64,000 nt of DNA from Geosiphon pyriformis uo1 (GCA_016748015.1 JAAOMT010000436.1:548703-612702); one strand, 5' to 3'. Shown: positions 27,452 to 41,277, counted from the stretch's first letter. Notes: generated from the sequence alone by a model not told the origin. A program made the numbers and translations.

Positions 27452-30400
27452 CTATGCAGCTATGTAAACTGAAACTGAGTCACCTACACCTGAAAAAAAC
27501 AAACAAAGTTTGCAAAAGCCAAAACAAACATTAAAAGCATCAACAATGCCAAGCAATTTGACCACCCCAGCTGACAACCCAAAGGCCAAACCAAAAACCA
27601 ATACAAGAACCAAACCATCAAGGGAAATCAACACATTTTTCTCCATATACACATAATGTTTAGCACGAACTGACCAAACATTACTCCTAAAATTAAGACT
27701 AAGAGAGCACACAAATTTGACAATCTCCAAACCAGCAACCTTAGGATCATAAAAGATGGAGACCACCTTACAGAACCAATTATTAAAAATGAAACCCTTA
27801 TAAAGAGCCATGGCCAAAGAGGAGTCAGAAATACATGAAGACAACATTTGTAGTATGCCCAAAGAAGAATGAAAGAAATCAGAGATTGCCTTCCAGGAGT
27901 CCACATAGAATTCCAACAACTGATGTTAGACAGAGTTATTAATCTTGCAAAAAAATACATGATCTAATGCCTCCACATCACCACAATATAAGCACAACAT
28001 ACTTGAATATAGTCTATTATAAAGGTGCTTCTGAATAGCAACTGACAGCTGGTGGTGCAAAGTCTTTATGAAATAAGAGTGGGCATTAGCCGAGAGTCTG
28101 CTGGTAAAACCAACAGCCATGTGCAAGTTGGAGTGCCAAACCAAAAATGAATGGAGCCAGTCAACCTCAGAAAGCAAATCACCTGCCAAAAACTTGGAAC
28201 CAAAACCAACCTCTTAGTATACACAACAAACCAAATAATAAATATTATGTACGAAATGTCTGAAATTGCCAGAAACCACACTACTATCAGCCACTATGAA
28301 GCATTTACCCAAGTGATAAGGAAAATACCAACCAGAGAGAGAAGTATCACCAGCAATCACATCAGCATGCTCATTCTCTGAAATCCCAGAGTGGTCTTTA
28401 ACCTTATGCCAGCTGACCTTCAAGTTCTTATAGTGAATAACATTGACAATATAATAACATTTGACCCAACACTGATTATGAAAGTTAGAACATGCCAAAC
28501 CTAATTCAGACTTACAGGCATCCAGAGCAGATTGACTATCTGAAAACAGTTTAACAGAGCTTAGCAGGAGAACACACTTTAGAGCCAGTGCAATAGCCTG
28601 CAACTCCACCAAAGTAAATGACATCAAACCTGACACATTGATGTCCAAACCCAAATCAATGTCCTCAAAAAATGCAGTGGTACCAGCTCTACAACCAACT
28701 GTGCCCAGATTACTAAGAGACCCATCTGTATATACTGACAAACTATCAGCACCAACTTGCAAGAAACAATTACAGACAAAAACAAAATCACTAGATTCAA
28801 GAATGTTCAAAAAACCAATCCCATCCAAAACTGAGGGATAAGTGAAAAAGAAACCTCTACTATCAAAAAACACAACAGCAAGCCTGAACCATTCAAAAAC
28901 AGGACCACAGGGGTCTAATCTCTTCCAATGCTTGAAGGTGTGCCAATCAAAGACAGAACCATAATGATCATGAAGTTGATCCACAAAGACAACACCATAC
29001 TATTAGAGAGAAGGAAAAAACCTGAGAAACTGCGATTCACCCAGAACAGCAGACATAGGAACTCCACCACGAAACTAAAAGAAATTGGCCAAAGAGCCAC
29101 CTAAGGACAAATTGCAGTCAAAAAGAACGCGAACCATGCCTGCCAGAAAGTTATTAGAAAAACTGACATGAATACGCACAGGAAAACTCAATGAATGAAC
29201 AGGGCACCAGCACAAAACCTGCGAGTCATGGGATCTGTAAAAGAACAAACATCCCAGGATGCTGCCTGAATTTGCAAAACTAACAAGAGAGGCTATCTTG
29301 CTTTCAGACTGGACTTGAAAAAAAGATTTCAAACCATAAAAGGAAGAGTGAAGAATTGTATCACTAAGAAAATCAAAAAGTAGACTGGATTTAAACTTCA
29401 ATCTTCTATGAATCAAGACATCCCACTTGTTGCATGTACTAATAGGAACAAAACTAAACTGAGTTCTATAACTAACTATAAAATGAAGAACTGCTGACAC
29501 CAAATATAAAAACTGTTTATCTGAAACAGCTTTTTTCAAGACCAGATTGGTAAAAAAACAAATGTCTGAATTTGCCTTTGCCAAACTAGGCTTTGAGAGA
29601 CCTTTAGTCGAGAGAAAAATACTCAAATATTGATGAGATTCACCCTTTTTGGCAATGGAGATTAGCAAGCCACTAATAAAAAGAGAAGAAATGCTGACTC
29701 TGCAATTGATAGAAATAGCCACTGTTTTGTCATTATTGATAGAAATATTATTTATCTGAAAAAATTCACTTACAACATCTAGAATGTGTTGAGTAGCTGC
29801 CTGACTACTATCAACTCAAATTGTATCATCAACAAAAGCACCAGCAGCAAAAAAAAAAGAGAGCCCAGCCTGGGACTCAGCATGACCATTCCTTGAAATA
29901 AAATGAGAACTTAACTTATAACCACATATGCTTTTCTGTCTCTTGACTTCGCATAATAGAGGATCATAAAATATATGCCACAGAAGAAAAAAAAAAACCT
30001 CTCTTTGGTCCAAACCATTATGTACACAATAACCATCCGTCAGTTCAAAGTCTGTTATCACCTTGTTGGTACAATTTTTATGAATACTACCAAAAAACTG
30101 AATAAACTTGCCACACATCTTGATCCTGACCAAACTTTTCTTGAAATGTTCTTAGCCAACTGAATTGTATGTCTTCTGCATATCCTGCAAAACCAACCAG
30201 AGTTCTCAATCCTTTTTCAATGCATCTTCAACTACTGATCCAACTGCAAAAATAGGAGAAGAAGTTGTTGTACCTTTTAAAACTGAAAAATTGTCCCCAC
30301 AAAGAACGTCAAAAGAGCTGTATGCCAAAGAGATCCTATCAGAAAAAATCTTGGAAAGAATCTTATGAGCTGTTTCAATTAAAGCAATAGAGTAGATATT

Positions 30401-32085
30401 CGTAAGAACACCTTTCTACTCATATGATTTAGGAATTATTGAAACCCAAGCTTTTAGCCAAGATCCAAACACTAATTTGGAAGACAAACAAAAGTTTAAA
30501 AGCACTAAAAGCATATCCAGAATTGACCTGTCACAATGTTTCCAAAGCTTGTTTGTAATACCTAAAAGACCAGCAGCTTTGCCATTAAGCAGATCAGAAA
30601 TCACATTAAGCAGCTCATTAAGTTCAACTGAACACATTACACCAGAAAAGACTTCATCAAAAACGTAATCCAATGGCCGATATTGATAAGACCAAACATC
30701 AGTGACATCAACAACCATATTACACTTCCTGGTCCAACCTTCTATAATAATGTTTATCTTAGATTTAACTAAATTGGGCTTCAAAATAAGCTTGTTCTTT
30801 ACAACCAGATGGTCCAAAACCACTTTGCGAAAAGAACACTCCAAAACACTCCTAATAGTATGATCTTTATTTATTTTGAAGCCTTTTATTCTCTTATTTA
30901 TAGCAACTCTAATGTTTGTTTCCTTAGTTGCCAAAGATTCAGCAAGCTTGGATGCATAATAAGACTTTTTCATACCAGAGAGAACAGAATAAACATGACT
31001 AGAGGTTGCACCAGAGTTAATGAAGTCCTAAATAACTGAGGCTTTGACACTGTCCAAAGAGTCCTAGCACTTTATAAGAGAGATGAAACTACCAACATTG
31101 CCCTCACAAGAGACTTTGACAATCTTCAAAACCAAAAACTCCAACCTATGAAACTTTGAAAAAACTTTGGTAAAAACACTATCAAAATCCTTGAACCATT
31201 TTTTTCTAAATATCTTATTTGCAGAAAGGACCACTATCCTGTGTAAAACATCCCACATGGCATCCAGATCTGAGAACTTGACAGCAGTAGTGAATTTGTC
31301 AAAGAACATCTCAGCATTGGTCAATATAGCATTTCTAAAATTTTCCCACCTATTGTCATCAGCACTCTTGAAATCAAACTTCCAACAATCCTTATTAGCC
31401 TGCTTACAAAGAGAGTTTAACTGCACATCCAAAAGTCCACTCAAATCTACTAACACAAAAACAGCTTGATGATTAGTATTAAAAAATTCACCAACATCAT
31501 ACACTACATGATCCACCACAGCATTAACTAAGTTTGCAGAAACAAACAAGAAATTAATAGTCTTAGCCATGCCCCGAGAGTTAGCCTATGTGGGCATTTT
31601 GACAAAAGAACTTCCACCCAAGGAATTGACCAAACCAAGATCTAAACACTTCTTAAAACTAGCACACCTTTGGAAGCTGTCCTTATTGAAGTCACCACCC
31701 AAAACCACAAATGAGGATTCATTAACTGCCTTTGCTATCACAGAATTAACATTATTAGCCTGAGAAAAGCGAACAGCTAGGGATGCTCTAGTGTAAAGCC
31801 TCAAAATCAACACAGAAAGTTTATTTTTGAACAACAGCTTGACTGAAAGGAGCCAACCAGGCACCTCAGAAACCTTACAGACATGACAAACTAAAGAATT
31901 GTTCATAATGATTGCAATGCCAGCACCAAGAAACCCCTTATCTAATCCAGATAAAAAAACTTTGATCCTATTGAACTTATCCTTAATCCAGAGCTTACAA
32001 CTAAACTTTAGCTTTGTCTCAGTAATTATTGAAACCAAATTTCTAGAATCTCTATGTCAATGAATAATGTCTTCTTGCTTGGTGG
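27452..32085 (-). pseudogene. LINE-3 ORF2 main part (first codons at 42162-42220)
   Basis: SIITETKL, GGDFN, AGAFVDDTI, VYTDGSL, FSDSQ, CLYCGD..DHVFFC. Confidence 0.9.
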
Positions 32086-32869
32086 TGTTACAGATAATTA
32101 TTTGAGATCTTAAATCAAATAACAAATCTGTAACTTGATGCTCAATATCTTGACAATACTGGTTTTACTAGTATGTAAGTTGTATCTGAAGGTTTTTAGA
32201 GTTGAGTTCTTTGTATAATAGACAGAGATTTAATGATGATGTAGTTGGTTGGTAAGTTGTGTTCCCAATTTCTGTTTTCAGCTTGGTGGCCAGTTTATTC
32301 TGGCATTCATGCCCTTTTGGTAAACTATCTATTAATATATATATAATTTTACTCTTATTTCTGGGTTTTTTACCAGGCTATCTGTGATGTCAATTACTCA
32401 GTATTTTAATCCTTAATCAGTTAGTATACAACAATAAAATTAAAGGAAGAAAGAAATAAAAAAAAATAAAGAAATGAGCCAAGACAATGTGCAAGTTAGA
32501 ATCTTGTCAATAGCTGTAATCAAGAACTATTGTTCCAGCATGATTAAGTATCAATTACTATCAATATAAAGTGTTGATAATAGAGAGTGAATTTGAATAG
32601 TAAATAATTTATTTATTTAATATTTGTTGATGGAAGATTTCTAACTAAAGGATTCTGCTTTTTTCTACTTTTAACATTATCACTATATATACATAATTGA
32701 TGTTCTATGAGATTGCTCACATTCCTGAGTGATGTGTTATAATTTCTTGAGCAATGTGCCATGATTTCTGACATTGCTTCATATTGCTGAACAATGTGCT
32801 CATGTGCTAAATACTATTCTCTTATTGGTCTACTATTTTTTTATATCTGTTTTTTTTTTATAAGTAACA
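32086..32869 (-). repeat. Gypsy A 3' LTR (784 bp)
   Basis: Direct repeat of 41278-42161. Confidence 0.93.
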
Positions 32870-32871
32870 TT

Positions 32872-32884
32872 ATCTCCTCTTTTT
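32872..32884 (-). other. Gypsy A polypurine tract
   Basis: Minus strand AAAAAGAGGAGAT next to the 3' LTR. Confidence 0.8.
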
Positions 32885-33518
32885 AATATTGAGCTCCATC
32901 AAAATCTTTGTTTTGAATTAATTTTAATACTTCTTTTTCAAGTATTGTTTGTTCAACTCTGTTTTTCATGTCTTTTACTTGTGTATTGTTCATTTTTCCC
33001 CATTAGTTAATGGTTATAGTTTCTATGTCAAAGTGTAACAGTATTTCTGAATAATTCTGAAATATGTTGTGTAGTCAATAAATTGTTCTCACATATAGTG
33101 TTGAGTTTGTCTTTTTTCCAATAAATTCTTCAATTTGCTGTATTATGTTTTGGTTAAATACTTTCTTGGATTTGTTGATATACAACTTTTGAATATTCAA
33201 CTTTCGACCTAATTGGTAGTAACAGTATAATATTGGAAATTGTTCTGTTTATTGCTTCCAATTTTCTTTTGTAAGTTTTTCTGTTGGTATCATATTAGAT
33301 ATTTTCCCAAAAGTGTTTTTTACTTTTTTTATTATATTATCTGACCAGTTTTTATTATTCTTTGGTAACTGCTGATATGGTGTATTCTTTGTCTTTCTTT
33401 TGATATTTTGATAGCAAATTGTTTGATTGTTAATGATAATTGTTATGTCTAAAGGTTGTTAACTTAAGGCCTGGAATAATTGTTGAGCTATAACATGAAT
33501 ATAATCTGGTATTTTCAT
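32883..33518 (-). pseudogene. Gypsy A ORF3 (env position), unknown function; absent from the ORF track because of internal stops
   Basis: The start MKIPDYIHVIAQQLFQAL and the core FPILYCYYQLGRKLNIQKL...TNSTLYVRTIY*LHNIF...WGKMNN...FDGAQY* are in the same frame; homologous to ORF 44153-44665. Confidence 0.75.
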
Positions 33519-33636
33519 TTTTTTTTGGTTGTCTTTGTCATGTATACTGTGTCTTTATATATTCTTTTATTGTTTAATATTACATGTTTGGTCCAATGAT
33601 TATTATTGGTTTCAGATCTCATAGAATCTTATCTGG

Positions 33637-34960
33637 TTAAACTAGTATTTGTTGTACTCCCAATTGTGGAATGTTATTGGTAGATAATGATGCTATTTGG
33701 TGATATGGTTTTAGTCAATCACTATGTGCTGCTTTAGCTAAGATTTTGTTGTTCCATCTTAGTTTATAAGCTCCATTTCCAAGAATTTTTTCTATGTAAA
33801 ATAGTCCATCCCATTTGGAGTCAAATTTTCTATTCCATTGTTTTTCCACTTTGGTACAATGTAAAAGTACTTTGTCTCCAATCTTGAATTCAACTGGTTT
33901 ATCTAGTAATTGATTATCATGTCATTCTTTTTGCTTCTTTTGAGACTTTTGGATGTTATCAACTGCTTTTTGCTATTTATTTTCTAATGTTTCCATTAAG
34001 TCATATGTTTTTTTTAGCAATATTTCCTGAAAATTGTCTTCAGTTATTGGTTCTATTGGATAAGTGGTAACTTCCATCTCAATTGGTAATGTTGCTGTTT
34101 TACCATATACTAATTCAAATGGTGTTGCTTATGTAGTGTTTTGCTTCATTGTCTGATAAGCAAATAATACTAATGGTATGAACAAATTCCATTTGTCCTG
34201 ATTTTCTTGACTGATCTTGGCGATTGCTTCACACAATGTTCTATTAAATTTCTCAACTAACTTATTTGTTTGTGAATGATATGGTGATAATAATAGTCTT
34301 TTAATTCCAAATCTTTGACTTAATTCTGCTAATATTCTGTTCACAAAGTGAGTTCCTTAATCTGATAATAGTTCTTTTGGACAACCATGTCAACAAATCA
34401 AATCTTGATAAACAAATTTGGCAATGGATTCTGCATCTGTTCTTTGAATGGCTTTTGCTTCTGGCCATTTAGTGAGATAATCTATGGCTACTGTGATATA
34501 TCTGTTGTCTCTGCTGATAATTGTTAATGGTCTGACTAAATCAATTCCAATGTGATCAAATAGTTGTCCCACTTTGATTGGTCTTAATGGTTCACTTGGT
34601 CTTGTTCCATCTCTTCTCTGACAAGTATCACAATTCTGAACATATTGGATGATGTCTGGATACATTGATGGCCAATAGTATTTTTTTCTGGTTTTTTCTA
34701 TGGTTGTTTCTTTATGGAAATGTCCTGCTGTTGGATTTGAGTACATGTTGAATAGTATTGTTTCTTTTTTTGATTCTGTAATTACTCTGGTTGGTTGGTC
34801 TGGATTTCTTTTGTTTTTCTAATAAAGTATATTTTGATGATTGATGAAATATTTTGATTGCTGTTTTATGTTGTTTTGTTTTTTTTGAGATAATTTCTCT
34901 TTGAATGATTGAGTATTTATATAATGCTGAAGTTGTTGGTATTTTTGTGTGTTCATCTTT
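33637..34960 (-). pseudogene. Gypsy A integrase
   Basis: HHCC-type region (TAGHF...CDTCQ), IGIDLV, DYLTKWPEA, SPYHSQTNKLVEKFNRTL, GPY/F-like WDGLFY. No chromodomain seen. Confidence 0.9.
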
Positions 34961-35029
34961 TGTTATATTTTTGGGTTGAAATGTTATTAGATTTGTCTTA
35001 TTCATGACAATCCATTAGCATTTCCATTG

Positions 35030-36360
35030 TCTTTTCTCTTTTATAATGTACTGTATAATTAAATGGTAAAAGTTCTATTTTCTATCTGGCATGACAATTG
35101 TCTGCAAATTCTTGTTTCTGAATTGAAGTCAATCCTTTGTGATCAGTATGCACTTCAAACTTTTGATTCAAGTATTCTTTCCACTTGATAACAACCCAAT
35201 AGATAGCTAAGTGTTCTAGTGCTGGAGTTTCATAGTTCTTCTCAGCTGGACTTAAACTTCTACTGGCATAAGCTACTGGATGCTCTCTTTCATCGGGTCT
35301 TTTCTGTGATAGTACTGTTTCCAATGCTTGACCTGATGCATCAGTAGTAATGATAAATGATTTGTTGTGATCTGGATACATCAATACTGGAGCTTAGATA
35401 AGCTTTTTTCTCAATGTATCGAATGCTTCTTGTTGAGCTTCAGTCCATTCATACTTTACATTCTTGGTTTGTAAATAGTGAAGTGGCTGAGCTAGTTTAG
35501 AAAAATCCTTGATGAAGTGGTAATAGTAGCCTGCAAATCCCAAAAATACTCTTAGTTTTGGCAAGTTGGCTGGTACTGGAAAGTTCTTAACTACTTTGAT
35601 CTTGTCTGGATCTGTTTTGATTCCGTCTTTGCTTACCACATGTCCCAAAAACTTGAGTTCAGTTTTTTCAAAGAAACATTTGGTTGCATTTAATTTCAAT
35701 TCAGCTCTTCTTAACCTTTTGAATACTTGTTGGAGATAATACAGATGATCATTAAATGTTTTTGAGAACACATTGGTGTCATCCAAGTATATGACTACTG
35801 ATTTCCATAGTAGTCCAGTATAAACAATTTCCATAAGCCATTGGAATGTGGCTGGAGCATTCATCAAGCCAAATGGCATGACTTCAAACTCAAAATTTTC
35901 TTCTCTTGTGGTGAATGCTGTTTTTTTTTTGTTGGCTGGATCTATGGCTACTTGCCAGTATTCACTATCTAGATCTAATGTTGAAAACCATTTATTTCCT
36001 CCAAAAGCATAGAATAGTTCTTGGATCTTGGGGATTGGATAACTATCTCCTTTGGTTACTCCATTCAGTTTCTGGTAATCTACACAAAAGCGGATTTTTC
36101 TATTTTTCTTATGAACTAATACTACTGGTGACAACTATGAACTCATTAATGGCTGAATTAGCCCGTTGTCAAGCATCCAGTTGATTTCTTGATAAATGAT
36201 CTTATGGCTAGCTGGTGGTACTTTGTATGCTCTTTGTTTAATTGGCATTGCATCACCAGTCTTGATCTAATGCTGGATGATGTTGGTTCAGCCAAATTCA
36301 TTTTCACTAGCAAAAATGTTATTGAAATTGTTGAGTAACATCTTGAGTTGCATCTGTTGA
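35030..36360 (-). pseudogene. Gypsy A reverse transcriptase and RNase H
   Basis: RFCVDY, FSTLDL, VMPFGLMNAPATF, VIYLDD, FLGH; RNase H TTDAS, AYASR, LEHLAI, HTDH. Confidence 0.93.
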
Positions 36361-36799
36361 AGTGAATTTAGATTCCCCATGTTCATTTGTTTTAATTGTT
36401 CTGGTTAGAGCAGATAACATTTACTTCTTCCATAGATGGTTTGTGATGTAATGTCCACATATCTGCAAAGCTGTGGAAAATTTGGAATGTGGTTTGGTAG
36501 TTGATCCTCAACTTTGGTGGTTAAATATCCAATGATGGTTCCCTTTGGTATTTCAATGACTTTTCCAGTTGTGTTATAGATAGGAATTTTGATGTTTTTG
36601 GGGCTTTTGGCTGATATGTAAAGATTGGTGAGTCCAATCTCCTCTGATTTACAAATGATGGCTTCTGCTTCAAATAATTGAGCTTGATTCTTTACTTTTT
36701 TTTTTATAGCTAACATATACTGGTCATATAGTGGAATAGAAATTGATTGATGAGTTGAGATAATTTCTCTTTTGTCAACAATTTTTTCCTTTGCCATAT

Positions 36800-37230
36800 T
36801 AATTGGTATGTCTATTCTACCCATTAATCCAAATCCCTGTATCTTTCTTGCAGTTATACTTAGTTCTTTCCTTTTTCTCACTGAAACTAACTGAGCTATT
36901 TTCACCAGAGATAAGAATATTGTCTGTACTATCTTTTCATTTGGTTCTATAATATAGGCCTTTTCTGAATCATTTTGTAGCATGATAATGATATTTTCTA
37001 TATATCTCGCATCAATTATTCCTCCTTTGATGTTGATTCCTTTTTTCATTAAACTACTTCTAGATGCTAGTTAAACTATAGTTGTTGTTGGAATTTCCAG
37101 AGCTATTTTGAGATCAATACATGTGTATGAATTTGGTTCCAATTTGATGACTTCTTTTCCCAGATATCTCAAATCAAACTCTGTATTGGTATCATGTGTG
37201 CATTCTGGTATAATACTTTCATTATTATTA
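36800..37230 (-). pseudogene. dut: Gypsy A dUTPase domain
   Basis: Trimeric dUTPase motifs in order: (AG)FDL, ASRSSL, GGIIDARY, IVQTIF, R..QGFG..G. Confidence 0.85.
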
Positions 37231-37469
37231 CTATACCATTTGAGTTCTTGCTCCTTAGAGAGATCAGAAAGTGCAATGTATATTTTGGAGTTTGAATCAG
37301 AGTCTAAATTGTTGATATTTTTGTTGCCATATTGTGCAGAGCTAAAACTAATGTTTTTGTTGTTATTGTTATCAGAGTTTGAATCGGGATTGAAAACTGA
37401 TTCTAATTCTAATACACAGCTGTTGATTAATTCTTCTTCTGGGATCGTGTAGATCATGTGTGATAGTAG

Positions 37470-38120
37470 ATTGTAAATTAAATCACACTTATTACAATTT
37501 TAAAAGTCACAGGGAATTAAGCAATATTGACATAACCGAGTATTCAACTGCACTAACCACTGCTCTTGTTTTTCCCTGGTAGGTGCTAGCTCTTGATAAT
37601 GTTCGTAGAATTGTTCTGGATCTAAGAGATTTATGACTGGTTTTGGGTCTCAGTCAAGTTCTATAGGTTCAGGTGGGTTATTTTTAATTGTTTTTATTTC
37701 TTTTGGAGTCACTCCTTCGATTTTGGTAAGTGCCATTTGCCAAATTTTGTCATTGTCATGTGGGCACCTGTTCAAACATTTGATGGCTTGTCTTCAGGCA
37801 GTGTTTATGGGCATTTTTTTTCTCACCCAGTTGTTTATAAAAATTGTGTATTGACACAATTTGTTGTATGTTTTTCTTCGCCCAAGAATGTTATTCCACA
37901 TTCCTTTGTTCAGAAAAGTTTTCCACAAGCCAAGCATGGTTCATTGTTCTATTTCCCAATCCGTTTTGGCCTTTCAAAGCATTCAATAATGCATGGGTGA
38001 CAGTAGAATTTCATTGTCAAAGTGTACTCCTTATCGTTGCCACAACAAGCACCTATTGATGACAATTTCTTGTCACAATTGATGCATACCAGTTTTGGGC
38101 AGCAATAAGTGGATTGGTGG
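37470..38120 (-). pseudogene. Gypsy A Cys-rich domain between protease and dUTPase
   Basis: CINC, CHPC, CLAC, CQY, CQYC, CNKC in the pol frame; homologous to 48810-49440. Confidence 0.7.
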
Positions 38121-38429
38121 GGTGTAGTGTAGGAATTATAAGTGGGTTTGCTGTCAGTTGTTGGTTCTTCTTCCTTCCTCTTTCCTTTTCCCTTTTTGTC
38201 TTCTTTCTATTTCCAATTTATTTGTTTTTCCTAGTCATTGTCAGTTTTCCAGGCTTGGTTGGCTTTCCAGGTAAGTTCTTTGCTTTGCTTTCCTTTGCTG
38301 TTGTCATCCCACAAAGGTACTGACAGCAGCTTGTTGTGTTCTGTGTTGGTCCAGAAAACTTGGTAAGCTTCCCAGGTAGGTTTCTTCTCTTCTTTCTCGA
38401 ATTCAATAAGTGGTGCTGTCAAGTTAATG

Positions 38430-38830
38430 GATTTAAAATGGCTGTATGTGGCTGGTATGCATGTGTGTCAACTGTTTTGGCTCAGTTGGAGCTTCTGCAT
38501 TATCCAGTCCAGTATGGCATTGGTTTTAGATAACCAATTATTCCTTACTAATGCCTAATATTGGGTTGCTTCCATCACTAGGACTTTGATGAAAATGATG
38601 ATGCCATTGACTTTAAAAAAGAAGTTATCAATCTCACCAATAGGAGTTTTGGTTGCTCCATTGGCAGTTATGATCCTGGTGCTGGCAGTGCAATCAACTC
38701 AGCAACTTAATTGGTTCATGAGTTGTTTTGTAATGATGCTGTCAGCTGATCCACTATTTAAGATCAGTTTAATGGAGTGGCCATCAACTTTGACATTAGT
38801 ATACATGGCGGTGATTGGTTTGGTGTTAAG
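38430..38830 (-). pseudogene. Gypsy A aspartic protease
   Basis: KLILNSGSADSII (decayed DSG), followed by a ALVGNNWL-type motif. Confidence 0.85.
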
Positions 38831-38999
38831 AACAGTTCCACTGAATAATAGAACTGGTGTGGTTTCCTTGAGTTTGAATGGAAAGATGGTGTTCAGTGTT
38901 TTGTTCTCAGTAATAGTAGCTAGGAGAATATTGCTGGTAAGTGTTGATTGTTGTTTGGTTTCCAAATTATTGGGTTGGGCATCTTCTGGGGTAACCAGA

Positions 39000-41214
39000 A
39001 TACTTAAATAGTTCTGGGCATTTGAATTCTGGGCATATCCGGTGTCCAAATTCTATTGTTAAGATCCTGCTGGTTGTGTGGAAGAACTGAGGATCAGTTG
39101 GTGGACTATTATCAACAATTTCCAGCTTTGTTGAGTCAATTTCGGTCTTTGAGTTCTATTTTAAGGTAAGTTCTGGGGTGGTGTTGGAATTTGTTGGGGC
39201 TGATAAATTACCTGCAGCTGATAAATGGATTGTGTTTATAGCTAATAAATTGTCGGTGTTGTCAGTTGATAAATTGGCACTTGATATACTGGTGGTTGAT
39301 AAATTGGCTGCTGTGTCATAGATATGTAATTCTGATGGTGTGGCTTTGAGTTTGGTAGATTATTTGGAATTCAAAACTGGTGATCAAGATTTTGATATTG
39401 ATTTCTCAATCATTGGTTATTTAAACAATGGCAGCAATTAATTTGTAGATGTCCTTGTTTACCACAATAGTGACAAACACCCATTTCCTGTTGTCACTGT
39501 TGATTGGTTGATGATGATAGACATGACTGATTCTGGAAACAATTTATGTTTCCAGAATTATTGCATCATTGTGCTGGTTGATAAATTACACAATTGTCAG
39601 CTAAGTATCCCTCTAATTTCTGATTGATGGAATCACTAAATTGTTTCAATTTGGAATCCAATTCAGATAATCTATTCATTACTAGATTAATGGCTTAACA
39701 TGGTTGGCTTCTAATTCAGCAGCTTCAAAATCTCTGGCATTTGTGATGACTGCTTGCAGATTGACAAAATACATTGGACATATGCATTGCAGGATGCTAC
39801 TGTGTAATCTGTAAATAAACTGATTTAGGATCTGGGCTACTGTGAAGTAATTGGCATCAATGGTTTGGATTTGGTGCAGATTCCTGTAGAAGTGTCCTAA
39901 GTAAATAGTGACTGCTTCATTTTCTCTTTGTTTGATGATAGTGAAAGTGTTTATTAGCCTATTAATACTGTTATTATTGCTGAAATATCTTAAGAACTCA
40001 ATTTTGAATGCATTGAAATCTTGGAGTTTGTTGACTAGGCTTTAATATTATGAATTAGTGGTATTCTGAAGAAAATATAAAATGGCTTGTATTGCTCTGG
40101 TGTTATTCCATCCATTAGCTGCTATGGCTTTTTCTACATTGTTAAGCCATACTTGGGCATTATTCTTTTCGCTGGTGAATTTTTCGAGTTTTGCTATTGG
40201 AGCGTAGGCTATTGGATCCAAGTTTGGTTGTTGAAGTTGTTGTTGCAGCTATAAAAGTGGCTGCTATGGTAGTTGAAGTGGTTGAAGTGGCTGTTGTTGC
40301 TGTTTGTCAATTGGTGGAGCTGAGGTTGGATTGATCACAATTACTGGAGGTAAGTGTTGTTGATTATTAATGTTGGGGTTTTGATCATTCTGATTGTGCT
40401 GTGTTTGAAAATTTGGAGTTTCAATTTCTGGATTTTCTAAATTTAGATTTTTCTGAGTCTAAAAGTTCGGGGTTTCAATTTTCTGATTTTCAGTGATCAG
40501 GTTCTGGTAAGTAAATTCTTGATCTTCAGATTCTTCTTTCTCTTTTTTTTGGTCTTCTTCTGATTTTGTTACTTCTCAGGAACTTGTGGTTCTGAAATCT
40601 GGTTGGAATAGCAGAAATCGGAGCCCTGATGGCATAGACAATCAAAACTTAAATCCTTTGAAATATGCACCATATAGTCTTAGAAGATCTTCTTTCTTTT
40701 GTTTACTCTGAAATGGAAATTGTCCAAAGGTTGATGTCATGTTTAATGTGAACACACCTGTTAATGTAATATTGATGGCACTTCTGGGTGTATAATGGTA
40801 TAATGGATTAGTTGGTGATTTAACTCTTGTTTTCTTCCAAGTAGATGGTTATATCCTTTGAGATGTTATTGTTGGTGTTTGTAATTTTCTTTTGTCTTTG
40901 TTTGCATAGGTAATTGGATATCTTTGTTGAGTGTGAATTTCAATTTCCTTATTGATTTCAGTGAGGATTGCTGTGAAATTATAATTTGTTGGTAAGCTGG
41001 TATTTTGGATTAATTTGTTGTAGAAGTTTCCTTTAGCTGAGTTGGTTTCTACTAGTACTCCTAGTAAATATGAGATTTTCTTGTGAATGTAGAAATTAAA
41101 AGCTGATTCTGCTGATAAGTAATTGTCAGTTAATCTTAAATGTTGACAGTAATGTTGAAATAAAGATTTCGCAAATTCTAAATGGTTTGTCCCTGTTTCT
41201 TTGGATTCTGTCAT
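39000..41214 (-). pseudogene. Gypsy A gag
   Basis: Starts MTESKETG just after the PBS; capsid-like AYAPIAKLEKFT...WLNNVEKAIAANGW; CCHC knuckle CHYCGKQGHLQINC ~39435-39480. Confidence 0.8.
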
Positions 41215-41261
41215 TGTTTAAATGGGTGTTATTAGTGCTGATTCTCTGTAGGATTATATTT

Positions 41262-41275
41262 CACAGGGAGCACCA
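41262..41275 (-). other. Gypsy A tRNA primer-binding site (tRNA identity not assigned)
   Basis: TGGTGCTCCCTGTG, 2 nt after the 5' LTR. Confidence 0.85.
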
Positions 41276-41277
41276 AA

